Origin: Nitrososphaerota archaeon
GTDB lineage: Archaea; Thermoproteota; Nitrososphaeria_A; Caldarchaeales; Calditenuaceae
Reading direction: 5' to 3'
DNA: 32,000 nucleotides
Assembly (NCBI GenBank): GCA_038741355.1
Contig: JAVYLC010000010.1
Coordinates: 6,212 to 38,211, forward strand
In this document: piece after piece, positions 9,265 through 19,235 of the stretch
Position numbering within the stretch: position 1 is the first letter of the stretch
Layout of the letters: every line of letters starts with the position of its first letter
Position numbers and translations under genes: made by a program
The notes under the pieces: model-generated
Told to the model about the DNA's origin: nothing
The model's database searches: none
Seen by the model: the letters and a program-made list of their open reading frames with translations, nothing else

Positions 9265-9383
9265 ACAACGTCTAGGAGAACCATATTAGGGCCGTAGCAG
9301 TAAAACCATAGGCGCCACAAGCCGATGGCTCTCAGCGGTCTATCCCGCGGTGCCCGGCCTTCATAGGGTTCTCTTCCCCGCCG

Positions 9384-9782
9384 TCAGGCTGGGCCGCACG
9401 CCACTAGTCTCCTGATAGCCTTCAGTAGTTCTACCTGTTCTTTTGCCGTCACTTTGAACCTCTTATAGTAGGCTATTGATAGACCCTCCAGCGCCATCCT
9501 CATCCTCCTATTGTAGTGTTTTCTGTTGTTTTGGTGTCGTCCAAGGTAGCTTAGAATCTTCCTAAGACCCCTGCTGGAATCTATGTTCAGTAGCATATCT
9601 GCCAGAGCTACCCTTCCATATAGACTCTCAAGTGGAAGTTCGAGGGCTTCGCAAATACTCTTGTAGTCTGGTATGGCTGTCTCAGCCATCTCGACGATCT
9701 TACTAGCAAGCCTGTCCTTCTCCCCCTGAATTATCCGCCTAGCCTCGCTGAAGGCCTTAGACCCCTTATCCAACTGCTTCAT
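9384..9782 (-). CDS. Hypothetical helical protein (132 aa)
   Basis: Intact ORF. Its ATG overlaps (ATGA) the stop of the startless upstream frame. It is predicted to be mostly alpha-helical. No family was recognised; the RHQNNRKH stretch is not a convincing HEPN motif. Confidence 0.5.
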   Translation of the reverse strand: MKQLDKGSKAFSEARRIIQGEKDRLASKIVEMAETAIPDYKSICEALELPLESLYGRVALADMLLNIDSSRGLRKILSYLGRHQNNRKHYNRRMRMALEGLSIAYYKRFKVTAKEQVELLKAIRRLVACGPA

Positions 9783-10341
9783 CGTTTTAAGAAGCTTGAA
9801 TACTTGTTGTACTCCATGATTAGTTTCCTCAACCTTATCTCATCCACACCCAACTTTTTAAACAAATTCCCGTCGATTATCGATAGTAGTTTAGCATCAT
9901 TTTCATGGGTTTTCTCAATGCTGTTCTCGTTTCTTAACTGTGATAAGATTTCCGTCCTCTTTAGAACGAGGACCCTGACACACCGCAGCAGGAGCCTGAG
10001 TGCGTCATCGTAGGCTTCAGCGGGTAAGACGTCGACGTATACCTCATCACCACTCTCTGTCTCGACCTCTGATAAGCGCCTAATCCTCCTAAATTTCTCA
10101 CCTTCGAAAACTACATGTGGCTTCTTCTCCTTTTTTTATGAACATCGATGTAAAACCTTCTAACACCCCTCTCGGAGGCCTGTGAGGTCCCCTTCGGCGC
10201 TGTCTCCATCACTCTTCCCGCACCTCCGAGCCTATGGGCGGGTGTCTTCCACCCATCCCTCCACGCCAGTCCAGTAACCACCACAAGCCCCTGATAAAGG
10301 ATAGCTGTATAGGGAGACCACACTCGCAGACACATCTGCAT
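9779..10341 (-). pseudogene. Frameshifted or degenerate gene: a 76-aa ORF (10111..10341) plus a startless 118-codon open frame (9779..10135), joined across an A7 homopolymer
   Basis: The frame KKEKKPHVVFEGEKFRRIRRLSEVETESGDEVYVDVLPAEAYDDALRLL...LIMEYNKYSSFLKR is open from 10135 to 9779. It has no ATG, GTG or TTG near its 5' end. The upstream ORF stops at 10111-10113. The two frames meet at the T7 run (plus strand) at 10131-10137. Confidence 0.4.
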
Positions 10342-10542
10342 TCATGACTAGCATAGTAGTTGCTACAAGCGCTTATATTCTTTGAGACACCTAGGTGAAA
10401 GTGGGCCATGACATAGTATCCCCGCTTTTCTAGACTTACGGAATAGTCTTGGCAGTTTAAGGATGAGGCAACCGTAAGTGTTAAGGCTTTTAACAGCTAT
10501 ATTCAAAAAACGAGGTGTGGCGAGGTAAAGGTAACTATATAG

Positions 10543-10824
10543 CCGAACCGCCTATCTGTTAAGGCCCGCCACGATAGGGATGACTTCTCGGAAGCATCAA
10601 TACTGCTAACAATAGGCACCAAGACTACGGAATACGGATATTTTGATGGAGCACTACTCCACGAGCTTGTAAAGCTACTTCCAGACCCAGCAACAGCAAA
10701 GATCAGGCTGTGTAGAGCACCCAAACACTCAGACAAGCTAATAGAAATAATAGCCTACTCAGAGATCAGTGAAGTTGGACATTTAATTGGCCCAAACTTT
10801 GCAATAACGAATGGTAACAATTAA
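10543..10824 (+). pseudogene. Startless gene fragment (copy B of a repeated module)
   Basis: This is a 93-codon open frame with no start codon: ...RDDFSEASILLTIGTKTTEYGYFDGALLHELVKLLPDPATAKIRLCRAPKHSDKLIEIIAYSEISEV.... It is homologous at DNA and peptide level to the minus strand of 30814-31033. Confidence 0.5.
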
Positions 10825-11056
10825 GGGACTTAATAAACAGCAGTTAATCCCCTCTCTTTATATATACTCTATCCCCCTCCCAACCATCCCATTCCCTACA
10901 ACCATCTCTGTGAAGTATTCACCGCAGAAGCCGCATCGCCCATTCCGATTAAGGAGTTATGGACTAGTTATATAAACCATAATCCAACATTCGGTCCACA
11001 CTGGTGTTCAACAGAGCCTCACTACTCTTAATACTCGCCCTCGACGTGATACATTT

Positions 11057-11578
11057 GTGTCTGCCGCGGAGTCGCACAGGTCAGCGGCGCCAAAGAGACT
11101 CCGGATAGCAATCATAAGGTCTAGCACTTCTCGCTATCAAGCGATGGTGAGGGGAGAGCCATATGTGGATGACTCATCCGCCGTCGCGCGAAGGATACTA
11201 GAGGAGCTGGGTCACGAGGTTGAGCACTTGGGTCTGGTTGGCGACGAGATCCTAGGCATTAGGGCAAAGCTCTCCCAAGCCCTAGCTGAGGGCTTCGATG
11301 TGGTGGCCGTGATAGGGGGGACAGGGATATCGAAGAGAGATGTCAGCATAGAGGCTGTGCGTCCCCTCCTCGAGAAGGAGATCGAGGGGGTTGGAGAGAT
11401 ATTCAGGGTTGAAAGTTATAAGAGGATAGGATTTCACGCCGCGCTCTCAAGGTGCTTAGCCGGTGTTATCTCCCGCACCATAATACTCGCCTTACCCGGC
11501 TCTCCCGAGGCAGTAGAGACAGCCCTCAAGCTAATAGGGCCGGAGCTGCCCCACATGGTGCATGTAGCGCGCATTTAA
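11057..11578 (+). CDS. moaB: Molybdenum cofactor biosynthesis protein MoaB/MogA family
   Basis: Reads RIAIIRSSTSRY...DVVAVIGGTGISKRDVSIEAVRPLLEKEIEGVGEIFR...LPGSPEAVETAL, the MoCF_biosynth domain signature. GTG start. Confidence 0.85.
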   Translation: MSAAESHRSAAPKRLRIAIIRSSTSRYQAMVRGEPYVDDSSAVARRILEELGHEVEHLGLVGDEILGIRAKLSQALAEGFDVVAVIGGTGISKRDVSIEAVRPLLEKEIEGVGEIFRVESYKRIGFHAALSRCLAGVISRTIILALPGSPEAVETALKLIGPELPHMVHVARI

Positions 11579-11639
11579 GCCCATGTCTAAGAATCAAGGT
11601 TAAAAACTCAGCTAGCAGACTATTGCCCGAGACTGACAT

Positions 11640-14399
11640 ATGGGTTCAAGGTCAGAGATCAGAGAGGCTATTAGGAAGATATCGACGCCGCTTGGAGATG
11701 CATACTACTACAGTCTGACCGCACTCGAGGAGATTGGCTTGGCGAGGAATCTAGACTCTATGCCGCTGAGCTTGAAGATTCTTCTAGAGAATGTTGCAAG
11801 GAGTGCTGGTGCAGGTATAGCGTCTATAGAGGATGTGAAAGCTGTCGGCGAGGGTAGGGTGGGGAGCGATTCGGAGATACCGTTTATGCCCTCCCGCGTC
11901 CTATTGCAAGACTTCACCGGAGTCCCTCTGATCGTTGATCTTGCTGCGATGCGGGAGGTGGTCCACTGCCTCGGTGGAGACCCTTCACTGGTCAATCCAA
12001 CAATCCCAACCCACCTCGTCGTCGACCACTCCATCCAAGTCGACCACTTCGGAGTGAAGGACGCCTACTGGAAGAACCTCGCACTTGAATTCGCGAGGAA
12101 TAGGGAGAGATATGTGCTACTGAAGTGGGCTCAAAACGCGTTCAAAAACTTTTTTGTTGTTCCGCCCGGAAGGGGGATTGTCCACCAAGTCAACCTCGAG
12201 AGCCTAGCTAAGGTGGTGGAGGTTAGAAGGGAGGTGGATGGTCTGGCGGCCTACCCTGACACACTCCTGGGGACAGACTCGCATACGCCCATGGTTAATG
12301 GTCTCGGGGTCTTGGGATGGGGGGTTGGAGGGATTGAGGCTGAGGCAGTGATGCTGGGCCAGCCCTACTATATGACCGTCCCGGAGGTTGTTGGGGTCCG
12401 GCTCGTCGGGGAGCTCCAGCCCCCCGCAACCGCGACAGATCTCGTGCTCACTGTGACGGAGACTCTGAGGCGGAAGGGTGTGGTTGGCAAGTTTGTCGAG
12501 TTTTTCGGCCCCGGTGTGGCTAAGCTGAGCGTCCCAGACAGGGCCACGGTCTCCAATATGGCGCCTGAATACGGCGCAACAGTAGGCCTCTTCCCCATAG
12601 ACGAGCACACCCTCAGCTACCTCAGGATGACTGGGAGGGATGAAAAACACATCCAGCTAGTCAGACGCTACGCAGAACTTCAAGGCCTCTACACAACAGA
12701 CCACGAGCGGGGGGCGAAGTACAGCGAGATTGTGGAGATCGATCTGGGTTCCATCGAGCCGGCCATAGCGGGCCCCGCAAACCCCGAAGACAGGATAAGG
12801 CTCAGAGAGGCGAAGAGGATTGTCCTCGATATTTTGAGGAAGGCTCGACCGGTTACCGGAGTTTCTGAGAACCGACTCGCGGATTGGCACAGTGAGGGAG
12901 GGTCTAGCGGTCTCCGACCAGCATCGAGTGGTAAGACTGGGATGGTTAGGCTTAACGGAGAAGAGGTAGAGATCAACGATGGGGCGGTAGTGATAGCCGC
13001 GATCACTAGTTGCACAAACACCTCCAACCCTGAAGTCATGATTGGCGCGGGGCTCCTAGCCAGGAACGCTGTCCAGAGGGGGCTGAGGCGGAAGCCTTAC
13101 GTGAAGACCAGCCTCGCACCCGGCTCAGCAGTTGTTACAGACTATCTCGAGGCAGCAGGCCTCCTTCCCTACTTGGCCGAGCTCGGGTTCGAGGTTGTGG
13201 GTTATGGCTGCACAACATGCATTGGAAACAGCGGACCATTACTCCCCGAAGTTGAGGCAGAGATAAAGAAGAGAGACCTCTTCACAGTGGCAGTACTGAG
13301 TGGTAACAGGAATTTTGAGGGGAGGATACACCCCTCGGTCAAGGCAAGCTTCCTAGCCTCCCCCATACTAGTCGTGGCATACGCACTAGCCGGGAGGATA
13401 GACGTTGATTTTTACTCGGAGCCGCTCGGAGTGGACAGCGACGGCGGGCCAGTTTTTCTCAGAGATATTTGGCCGGACAAGGCCGAGATTAGGAGAATAA
13501 TGGAGTCGAGCATCAGGACAGAGATGTTTAGGAAAAGGTATGGCGAGATATTTAGTGGCGTGGGTGAGTGGGAAAAGTTAGAGGCGCCAAAGAGTCCCAC
13601 GTATAACTGGGACCCCTCCTCCACATACATCAGGAAGCCTCCACACTTCGAGGGCTTCCAGAGGGAGCCTAGCCCTCCAAGCGACATAAGGGGGGCGCGG
13701 GTCCTAGCACTCCTAGGAGACCGCGTAACGACAGACCACATCTCCCCGGCCGGCGCCATACCCCCTAACAGTCCAGCAGGGGTCTACCTAAGGAGCCTCG
13801 GAGTAGATCCGGCAGAGTTCAACACTTATGGCTCAAGGCGGGGGAACCATGAGGTTATGATTCGCGGGACCCTAGCAAACCACCGCCTAATAAATTATCT
13901 ACTCCAAGAAGGTGAGGGGTGGTGGACGCTACACTATCCCGACGGGGCCAAGATGACAGTCTACGACGCGGCCATGAAATATAGGGAGGAGGGGGTACCT
14001 CTGATCATTATAGCTGGGAAGCAGTACGGTGCTGGAAGCTCGAGGGACTGGGCCGCGAAGGGTGTCAGACTCCTCGGAGTCAGGGCTGTGATAGCCGAGA
14101 GTTTTGAGAGGATTCACCGGAGCAATCTGGTGGGCATGGGGGTCCTACCTCTCCAATTCTTAGGGGGTGTTAGCTGGAGAAGCCTCGGCCTCACAGGCTC
14201 CGAAATCTACGATATTGAGGTAGGACAGCTGCAGCCGAGGAAACGTGTTAGTGTAACCGCCAAGAGGGGGGACGGCTCATCCATCACATTCGAGGCGATA
14301 CTTAGACTCGATACTCCCATAGAGGTAGAGTACTATCGGCACGGAGGTATACTCCCCTACGTTGTCAGAAAGATTCTCAATAAGGGACAAGCCGCTTAG
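11640..14399 (+). CDS. acnA: Aconitate hydratase (aconitase A type, 919 aa)
   Basis: Has LLQDFTGVP, DHSIQVD, GTDSHTPM and the Fe-S ligand blocks ITSCTNTSNP and GYGCTTCIGNSG. The swivel domain has GSSRDWAAKG. Confidence 0.95.
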   Translation: MGSRSEIREAIRKISTPLGDAYYYSLTALEEIGLARNLDSMPLSLKILLENVARSAGAGIASIEDVKAVGEGRVGSDSEIPFMPSRVLLQDFTGVPLIVDLAAMREVVHCLGGDPSLVNPTIPTHLVVDHSIQVDHFGVKDAYWKNLALEFARNRERYVLLKWAQNAFKNFFVVPPGRGIVHQVNLESLAKVVEVRREVDGLAAYPDTLLGTDSHTPMVNGLGVLGWGVGGIEAEAVMLGQPYYMTVPEVVGVRLVGELQPPATATDLVLTVTETLRRKGVVGKFVEFFGPGVAKLSVPDRATVSNMAPEYGATVGLFPIDEHTLSYLRMTGRDEKHIQLVRRYAELQGLYTTDHERGAKYSEIVEIDLGSIEPAIAGPANPEDRIRLREAKRIVLDILRKARPVTGVSENRLADWHSEGGSSGLRPASSGKTGMVRLNGEEVEINDGAVVIAAITSCTNTSNPEVMIGAGLLARNAVQRGLRRKPYVKTSLAPGSAVVTDYLEAAGLLPYLAELGFEVVGYGCTTCIGNSGPLLPEVEAEIKKRDLFTVAVLSGNRNFEGRIHPSVKASFLASPILVVAYALAGRIDVDFYSEPLGVDSDGGPVFLRDIWPDKAEIRRIMESSIRTEMFRKRYGEIFSGVGEWEKLEAPKSPTYNWDPSSTYIRKPPHFEGFQREPSPPSDIRGARVLALLGDRVTTDHISPAGAIPPNSPAGVYLRSLGVDPAEFNTYGSRRGNHEVMIRGTLANHRLINYLLQEGEGWWTLHYPDGAKMTVYDAAMKYREEGVPLIIIAGKQYGAGSSRDWAAKGVRLLGVRAVIAESFERIHRSNLVGMGVLPLQFLGGVSWRSLGLTGSEIYDIEVGQLQPRKRVSVTAKRGDGSSITFEAILRLDTPIEVEYYRHGGILPYVVRKILNKGQAA

Positions 14400-14407
14400 C
14401 CTGTATC

Positions 14408-14581
14408 TCAGAGACGCTCCTTCAAGCTTCTCAGCCACCTATAGCTCCGCCACTTCTTCGTCGCCCCAAATCCACAGTGCCCACACCTACCACGCCTATA
14501 GTTGAAGGACCGCCTGCCGCACCTCCTGCAGCGCCCGTGCGTCGGTGTCTTAAACTTACCCATCGAGGGTGTTCCCTTCAT
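14408..14581 (-). CDS. rpl37e: 50S ribosomal protein L37e
   Basis: Not in the ORF track because it is only 57 aa. My translation is [57 protein letters not shown], with the C4 zinc ribbon CRRCG...CGHCG. Its ATG (14581-14579) overlaps the Sm gene stop as ATGA. Confidence 0.9.
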   Translation of the reverse strand: MKGTPSMGKFKTPTHGRCRRCGRRSFNYRRGRCGHCGFGATKKWRSYRWLRSLKERL

Positions 14582-14880
14582 GCACCGCTAACCTCCTCCT
14601 CTTGTTTAATCTGGGAGGGTGAGATCATTACTATGTTGTCACCCCTCACAACTATGAGTCCAAGCTTAACCGAGTTGTTCTCGCCCCTGATCTCCTCGGC
14701 GCCCTCGAGGACAAGGTTCATGTGCTGATCGTATCCCTTGAGCTGCCCGCGTATTGCTCGGCCGTTCCGCAGCTTAACCAGCACTGTGCCTCCCAGCGAC
14801 CTTGCAAGCATCTTCAGCGATATGTCCGTGGACAAGGTTACCACTATACTTCTTGAGACTCTGCTTTTAAAGTTTCCCAC
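14578..14880 (-). CDS. Sm-like archaeal protein (SmAP/LSm)
   Basis: Sm1/Sm2 motifs are present: [30 protein letters not shown]...[13 protein letters not shown]. The residues before the internal Met ([11 protein letters not shown]) look like the conserved N-terminal helix, so GTG 14880 is preferred over ATG 14811. Confidence 0.85.
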   Translation of the reverse strand: MGNFKSRVSRSIVVTLSTDISLKMLARSLGGTVLVKLRNGRAIRGQLKGYDQHMNLVLEGAEEIRGENNSVKLGLIVVRGDNIVMISPSQIKQEEEVSGA

Positions 14881-14972
14881 ACACTGAGAAGAGTTTACTG
14901 ATTATCAGCATTATACTTGGCGGCAGCGCTTAAACTCTATATACCTAGCCGGTGACTTGCAGCTGGAAAGTC

Positions 14973-15926
14973 ATGGTCACAATCCTCAGAGATATCGAGG
15001 TTGAGTCTCTTGTATCTGTGGACGAGTTATTGAGCGCTGTTGCTGAGGCGTTCAAAGCGCTGAGCCTCGGAGAGGTCGTGATGCCGCCGCGAAGCCGTAT
15101 TGACGTTCACGGGGTGGGTGACATATTGCTGATGCCGTGTCTCGCACCGAGTTTGAAGATTTTCTCCCTCAAAGTCGTCTCTGTTTACCCCGGGAATCTT
15201 GAGAAAGGTTTGCCTACCACCAATGCTGTAGTTGTGGCAGTTGATCCTGCGGATGGCATTCCAAAGCTGGTTGCGGAGGCGAGGGCGCTCACAGGCCTAA
15301 GAACAGCGGCCGCCACAGCGCTCTCCGTAAAGTACTTAGCTAGGAATGACGCCTCAAGCCTAGGAATAATAGGATGTGGATACCAGGCCCGCTGGCAGCT
15401 ATCCATAACCCACCAGCTTATGAAGCCAGAGAAGACATACGCCTTCGACATGTACAGGGATAGGGCTGAGAGGTTCGCAGAGGAGATGCGGGGCAGGATC
15501 GGGGTAGAGGTGGAGGTGTGTAGCTCTGCCGAGACCCTAGTTAGGTCCTGCGACGTTATAATAACTGCAACAACTAGCAAGACCCCCGTAGTAATGAGGG
15601 AGTGGGTGAGGCCTGGAACCCATATCTCAGCTATAGGAGCCTATACTCCGGAAATGGCTGAGATAGACCCGCGACTACTGGCATCCAGCAAAGTTGTGGT
15701 TGACTGGCTGAACGCGGCTAAGGAGGAGGCTGGAGAAATAATTCAGGCAGTTAAGTCGGGCCTAATGAGGTGGGAGGATGTGTACGCTGAGATTGGGGAG
15801 ATAATAGCTGGAAGGAAGGCTGGCCGTGCCAGCAGGGATGAGGTCACCGTCTTTAAGACAGTTGGTACAGCGGCACAAGACGCGGCTGTCGCCTCCATAC
15901 TCTTAGCCAAGCTCTCGCAAGGCTAG
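14973..15926 (+). CDS. Ornithine cyclodeaminase/mu-crystallin family NAD(P) enzyme (archaeal alanine-dehydrogenase-like)
   Basis: Has LTGLRTAAATALSVKYLA and the Rossmann motif LGIIGCGYQARWQL, plus ISAIGAY and VFKTVGTAAQD. The track start is GTG 14952. The ATG at 14973 sits ~30 nt after the TATA ctatatac (14937-14944). Confidence 0.85.
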   Translation: MVTILRDIEVESLVSVDELLSAVAEAFKALSLGEVVMPPRSRIDVHGVGDILLMPCLAPSLKIFSLKVVSVYPGNLEKGLPTTNAVVVAVDPADGIPKLVAEARALTGLRTAAATALSVKYLARNDASSLGIIGCGYQARWQLSITHQLMKPEKTYAFDMYRDRAERFAEEMRGRIGVEVEVCSSAETLVRSCDVIITATTSKTPVVMREWVRPGTHISAIGAYTPEMAEIDPRLLASSKVVVDWLNAAKEEAGEIIQAVKSGLMRWEDVYAEIGEIIAGRKAGRASRDEVTVFKTVGTAAQDAAVASILLAKLSQG

Positions 15927-15927
15927 G

Positions 15928-16575
15928 CTATTCACGATGCCTCGGGGCTCCCGTGACGATATACTCTACCGCGTCGCAAATATAGGTGGCATGGTCTGCA
16001 ATCCTCTCGAGGTTTCTAAGCGTCAGGACAATCGCCACGTCACACTCCCGAGAACCATTCCTCTCGAGCGTTATTGCCTTAATCCTTTCCCGATAGATCT
16101 CGTCTATTCTCTCATCCATCTCCTTAACCTTCCTAGCCATCTCCACATTCAGCTCCCGAAGTGCTTGGAGAGCGTTCCTGAGCATCTGGCCTATAACCTC
16201 GCTAGCCTCTGAGATTGGTGCGAGGTCACATTCAAGGAGGGAGCCTAGCATCCGGCTACTCCTCGTAATCTCTAGGGCGTACCTCCCCATCCTCAGAATG
16301 TCGTACGAGATGTTGAGGCAGGAGCGGATGTATCGTAGATCCTTGGCGACCGGCTGATACCTAGCTATCAGCTCCGTAGCGATTTCACTAATCTCTTCAT
16401 GCAGGTCCCTCAGCCTCTTCGCAGATTCAAACACTTCGTTCTCGACGTCTCTGTACTGTAGTAGCCCGTCGACGCTCCTGTAGAAAGAGTTTATGCCTAT
16501 ATTGAACATCTCCTCTAGGCGTCGAGTTAATAGCTGAAGCCCCATATCTAGTATCCTGCTCAAAGCCCTCCTCAC
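15928..16575 (-). CDS. phoU: Phosphate transport system regulator PhoU
   Basis: It has two PhoU repeats, with ExxxD-type motifs in [18 protein letters not shown]. It is the last gene of the pst operon, and its GTGA overlaps the pstB stop. Confidence 0.9.
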   Translation of the reverse strand: MRRALSRILDMGLQLLTRRLEEMFNIGINSFYRSVDGLLQYRDVENEVFESAKRLRDLHEEISEIATELIARYQPVAKDLRYIRSCLNISYDILRMGRYALEITRSSRMLGSLLECDLAPISEASEVIGQMLRNALQALRELNVEMARKVKEMDERIDEIYRERIKAITLERNGSRECDVAIVLTLRNLERIADHATYICDAVEYIVTGAPRHRE

Positions 16576-17420
16576 CCTATACGTCCACTGATGTAGTCCT
16601 CAGTCCTCTTATCCCTCGGGTTTGTGAAGATCTGCCGAGTCTCACCGAACTCTATTATACGGCCCACCATGTTTTCATCGGGCATCATGACAGCCGTGTA
16701 GTCTGATACACGCGCCGCCTGCAGCATGTTGTGTGTGACTATTATTATCGTGTACTCGTCCTTGATTGAGCGGAGGAGAGACTCTATCCGCGCCGTGGAG
16801 ATGGGGTCTAGCGAGACTGTCGGCTCGTCAAGCAACAACACTTCAGGATCTACGGCTAATGCGCGCGCTATACAGAGCCTCTGCTGCTGCCCACCTGACA
16901 GACTATACGCGTGCTTGTCAAGCCTATCCTTCACCTCATCCCAGAGAGCCGCCTTGACCAGCGCATCCTTCACCTTCTCATATAGCTCGGACTTCGAGAG
17001 CTTGAAGCCGTTAACCCTCAACCCAAAGGCCACGTTCTCAAATATGCTGAAGGGAAATGGGTTCGGCCGCTGGAAGACCATTCCAATCCTAGAGCGGATA
17101 AAGACCGGGTCTACATCACGCGAGTAAATATCCACCCCGTTGAAGTAGACTTTGCCGCTTACCTTGGCGCCCGGGATGAGGTCGTTCATCCGATTTATAG
17201 ATCTTAAGAGGGTTGATTTGCCGCAGCCTGACGGCCCTATGATCGCAGTAATGTTGTTGCGTTTGAATGATATGTCGATGCCGTCAATAGCAGTTTTTCC
17301 TCCATACGTAACCCTGAGGTTCTCCACCCTCACGACCTCAGGCCCATCAACATCGACCATTTCTTCCTTACCCAGCTCCCTATAGCGCGTGTGTAACTGA
17401 TTATATGACTCTATCGTCAA
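16572..17420 (-). CDS. pstB: Phosphate ABC transporter ATP-binding protein PstB
   Basis: Walker A is GPSGCGKST, the ABC signature is [15 protein letters not shown], Walker B is LLLDEPT, and the H-loop is VTHNM. Confidence 0.95.
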   Translation of the reverse strand: MTIESYNQLHTRYRELGKEEMVDVDGPEVVRVENLRVTYGGKTAIDGIDISFKRNNITAIIGPSGCGKSTLLRSINRMNDLIPGAKVSGKVYFNGVDIYSRDVDPVFIRSRIGMVFQRPNPFPFSIFENVAFGLRVNGFKLSKSELYEKVKDALVKAALWDEVKDRLDKHAYSLSGGQQQRLCIARALAVDPEVLLLDEPTVSLDPISTARIESLLRSIKDEYTIIIVTHNMLQAARVSDYTAVMMPDENMVGRIIEFGETRQIFTNPRDKRTEDYISGRIG

Positions 17421-18307
17421 GGCTGCCCAGTCCTCCTAATCAAATACTGTCTCAGCGCGATTGCAACACTGTTGAGCGCCAAAAGTATCAGCAGCAGGAG
17501 GATAATTCCCGCGGAGGAGAGTTCCATGAAGGCTGGCTGGGGCCTGCTTATCCAGTTATAGAGCTGGAGGGGCATAACCGTAAACTTGCTGAAGAGGGAG
17601 GTGGGGTCTTCCCTGATGAAAAGGAGACCGCTTACAACGAGTATAGGGGCTGCTTCGCCTAGGGCTCTGCTTATCCCGAGTATTCCGCCCGTCAGCATCA
17701 TGGGTAAAGCCCTAGGGAGAGATATACGCCGGATAACCTGAAGCGTTGTAGCCCCAAGAGCATATGCACCTAGCCGCAGTTCATCGGGAACGGCCTTTAA
17801 CGCCTCGACGCAAGTGACAGTCACTAGGGGCAAGGTCAATATGGCGAGAGTGAAGGCGCCGGTGATTACTGTCCGCCCCATTCCCAACCAATAAGCCAGG
17901 AAGCCCAGCGCTACTACACCAAAGATTATCGATGGGACACCAGACAAATTGGCTATATTATAGCTGAGGATCGAGGAAAGCCTGCCTCCCCTCGAATATT
18001 CTACGAGGAAGATTGCAGTAGCTATGCTGAGGGGGATGCATATAAGGGCCGATACCCCCACAGTGAATATACTGCCCAGAATGGCAGACCTCATACCCGC
18101 CTCGTCGGGGTTAGCTGAAGGATAGTTAAGGATCAGATTCCATGATAATCTATGACCGCCCGTAACTATCACTGTGAGAAGAAGGGATGCAACAGTAGCA
18201 ACCGATATGAAGACGGCTACACTGAGAATTATCGGCAGCACGCGGTCAATGATCTTTCTAAGCTTCATATGTGACCGCTCGGCATCGGTCAATACCTTAT
18301 GGCCCAT
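17417..18307 (-). CDS. pstA: Phosphate ABC transporter permease PstA
   Basis: Polytopic membrane protein with the EAA-type loop [20 protein letters not shown]. It sits between pstC and pstB. An alternative ATG lies at 18268. Confidence 0.9.
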   Translation of the reverse strand: MGHKVLTDAERSHMKLRKIIDRVLPIILSVAVFISVATVASLLLTVIVTGGHRLSWNLILNYPSANPDEAGMRSAILGSIFTVGVSALICIPLSIATAIFLVEYSRGGRLSSILSYNIANLSGVPSIIFGVVALGFLAYWLGMGRTVITGAFTLAILTLPLVTVTCVEALKAVPDELRLGAYALGATTLQVIRRISLPRALPMMLTGGILGISRALGEAAPILVVSGLLFIREDPTSLFSKFTVMPLQLYNWISRPQPAFMELSSAGIILLLLILLALNSVAIALRQYLIRRTGQP

Positions 18308-19215
18308 TTCTTCACCACCTTGATGCCGATATAGTTTAGGACGGCTGTAATAAGTAGAAGGAACAGCCCAACGGCGAAAAGCGACTGATATTCTATCGTC
18401 CCATGCGGTGCGTCGCCGGTCGCCACCTGAGCTATGTACGCAGTCATCGTCTCCATACTCTCGCCTATGTTGAAGGTTAAGATGCTTCTGAACCCGCCAG
18501 CTATGGCAGCAATCATCGTCTCACCCATCGCCCTAGCAAAGGCCAGTATTATCGAGGCAGAAACGCCTGAGAGAGCTGCAGGCAACACGACCCTGAGTGC
18601 AACATCAGACTTCCTAGAACCCACGGCGTATGCGGCTAACCTAAGGTCTTCGGGCACGGCGACCATCGCGTCATCACTAATGGAGGCTACTATCGGGATT
18701 ATCAAGATACCGATCATCAACCCGACCGCTAGAGCGTTGTGGAGTTGTAACCCCACCCACAAGGGCCTTAGCAGATTGGGTGTAACGAAATAGAGAGCAA
18801 AATAGCCGTAGACTACTGTGGGTATGCCGGCAAGCGTCTCCACCAGTGGCTTAACCACCGACCGCGTATTCGCTGAGGCGTACTCGCTCAGGAATAATGC
18901 TATCATGACGCCGAGTGGTGCGGCCACTGCTATGGCTATCAGCGAGGTCATAATAGTCGCGTTTAGTAGTGGAAGTACTCCGAAATGCTTTTCGGCGAAA
19001 AGGGCGGTCCACCTAGTGCCTGTCAAAAACTCTATTATTGAAACGTGCGAGAAGAAGTTGAACGACTCGAGCCCCAAAGTCACGAAGATGATTATTAGTG
19101 AGACTGTAGAGACAAGAGTTGATAATAGAAAGAGGGCATAAAGAATCCTATCCGCGTGTCTCCTCCTTCCTATTGACTTCTTTAACTTTTCCACACTTGT
19201 TTTTACGATTACCAT
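18289..19215 (-). CDS. pstC: Phosphate ABC transporter permease PstC
   Basis: Polytopic, with the EAA loop AAYAVGSRKSDVALRVVLPAA. The track ORF begins at 19260. I prefer the ATG at 19215, which is preceded 8 nt upstream by GGGGAGGGAG (SD-like) and does not overlap pstS. Confidence 0.9.
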   Translation of the reverse strand: MVIVKTSVEKLKKSIGRRRHADRILYALFLLSTLVSTVSLIIIFVTLGLESFNFFSHVSIIEFLTGTRWTALFAEKHFGVLPLLNATIMTSLIAIAVAAPLGVMIALFLSEYASANTRSVVKPLVETLAGIPTVVYGYFALYFVTPNLLRPLWVGLQLHNALAVGLMIGILIIPIVASISDDAMVAVPEDLRLAAYAVGSRKSDVALRVVLPAALSGVSASIILAFARAMGETMIAAIAGGFRSILTFNIGESMETMTAYIAQVATGDAPHGTIEYQSLFAVGLFLLLITAVLNYIGIKVVKKWAIRY

Positions 19216-19235
19216 TAAGTATTCTCCCTCCCCAA

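Noticed and set aside
9290-9362. Possible tRNA or tRNA-like gene (gggccgtagcag...gtgcccggcc).
   Set aside because: No cloverleaf can be drawn. The acceptor arms pair over only ~5 bp, the D-arm does not pair, and there is no GTTCRAATC-type T-loop. No other tRNA-like T-loop was found in the window.
10503-10736. A 77-aa minus-strand ORF. Its counterpart is the 69-aa plus-strand ORF at 30672..30881.
   Set aside because: Both lie antisense to the frame that is conserved at peptide level between the two repeat copies (10543-10824 and 30814-31033). They are S-rich or low-complexity and are not conserved with each other.
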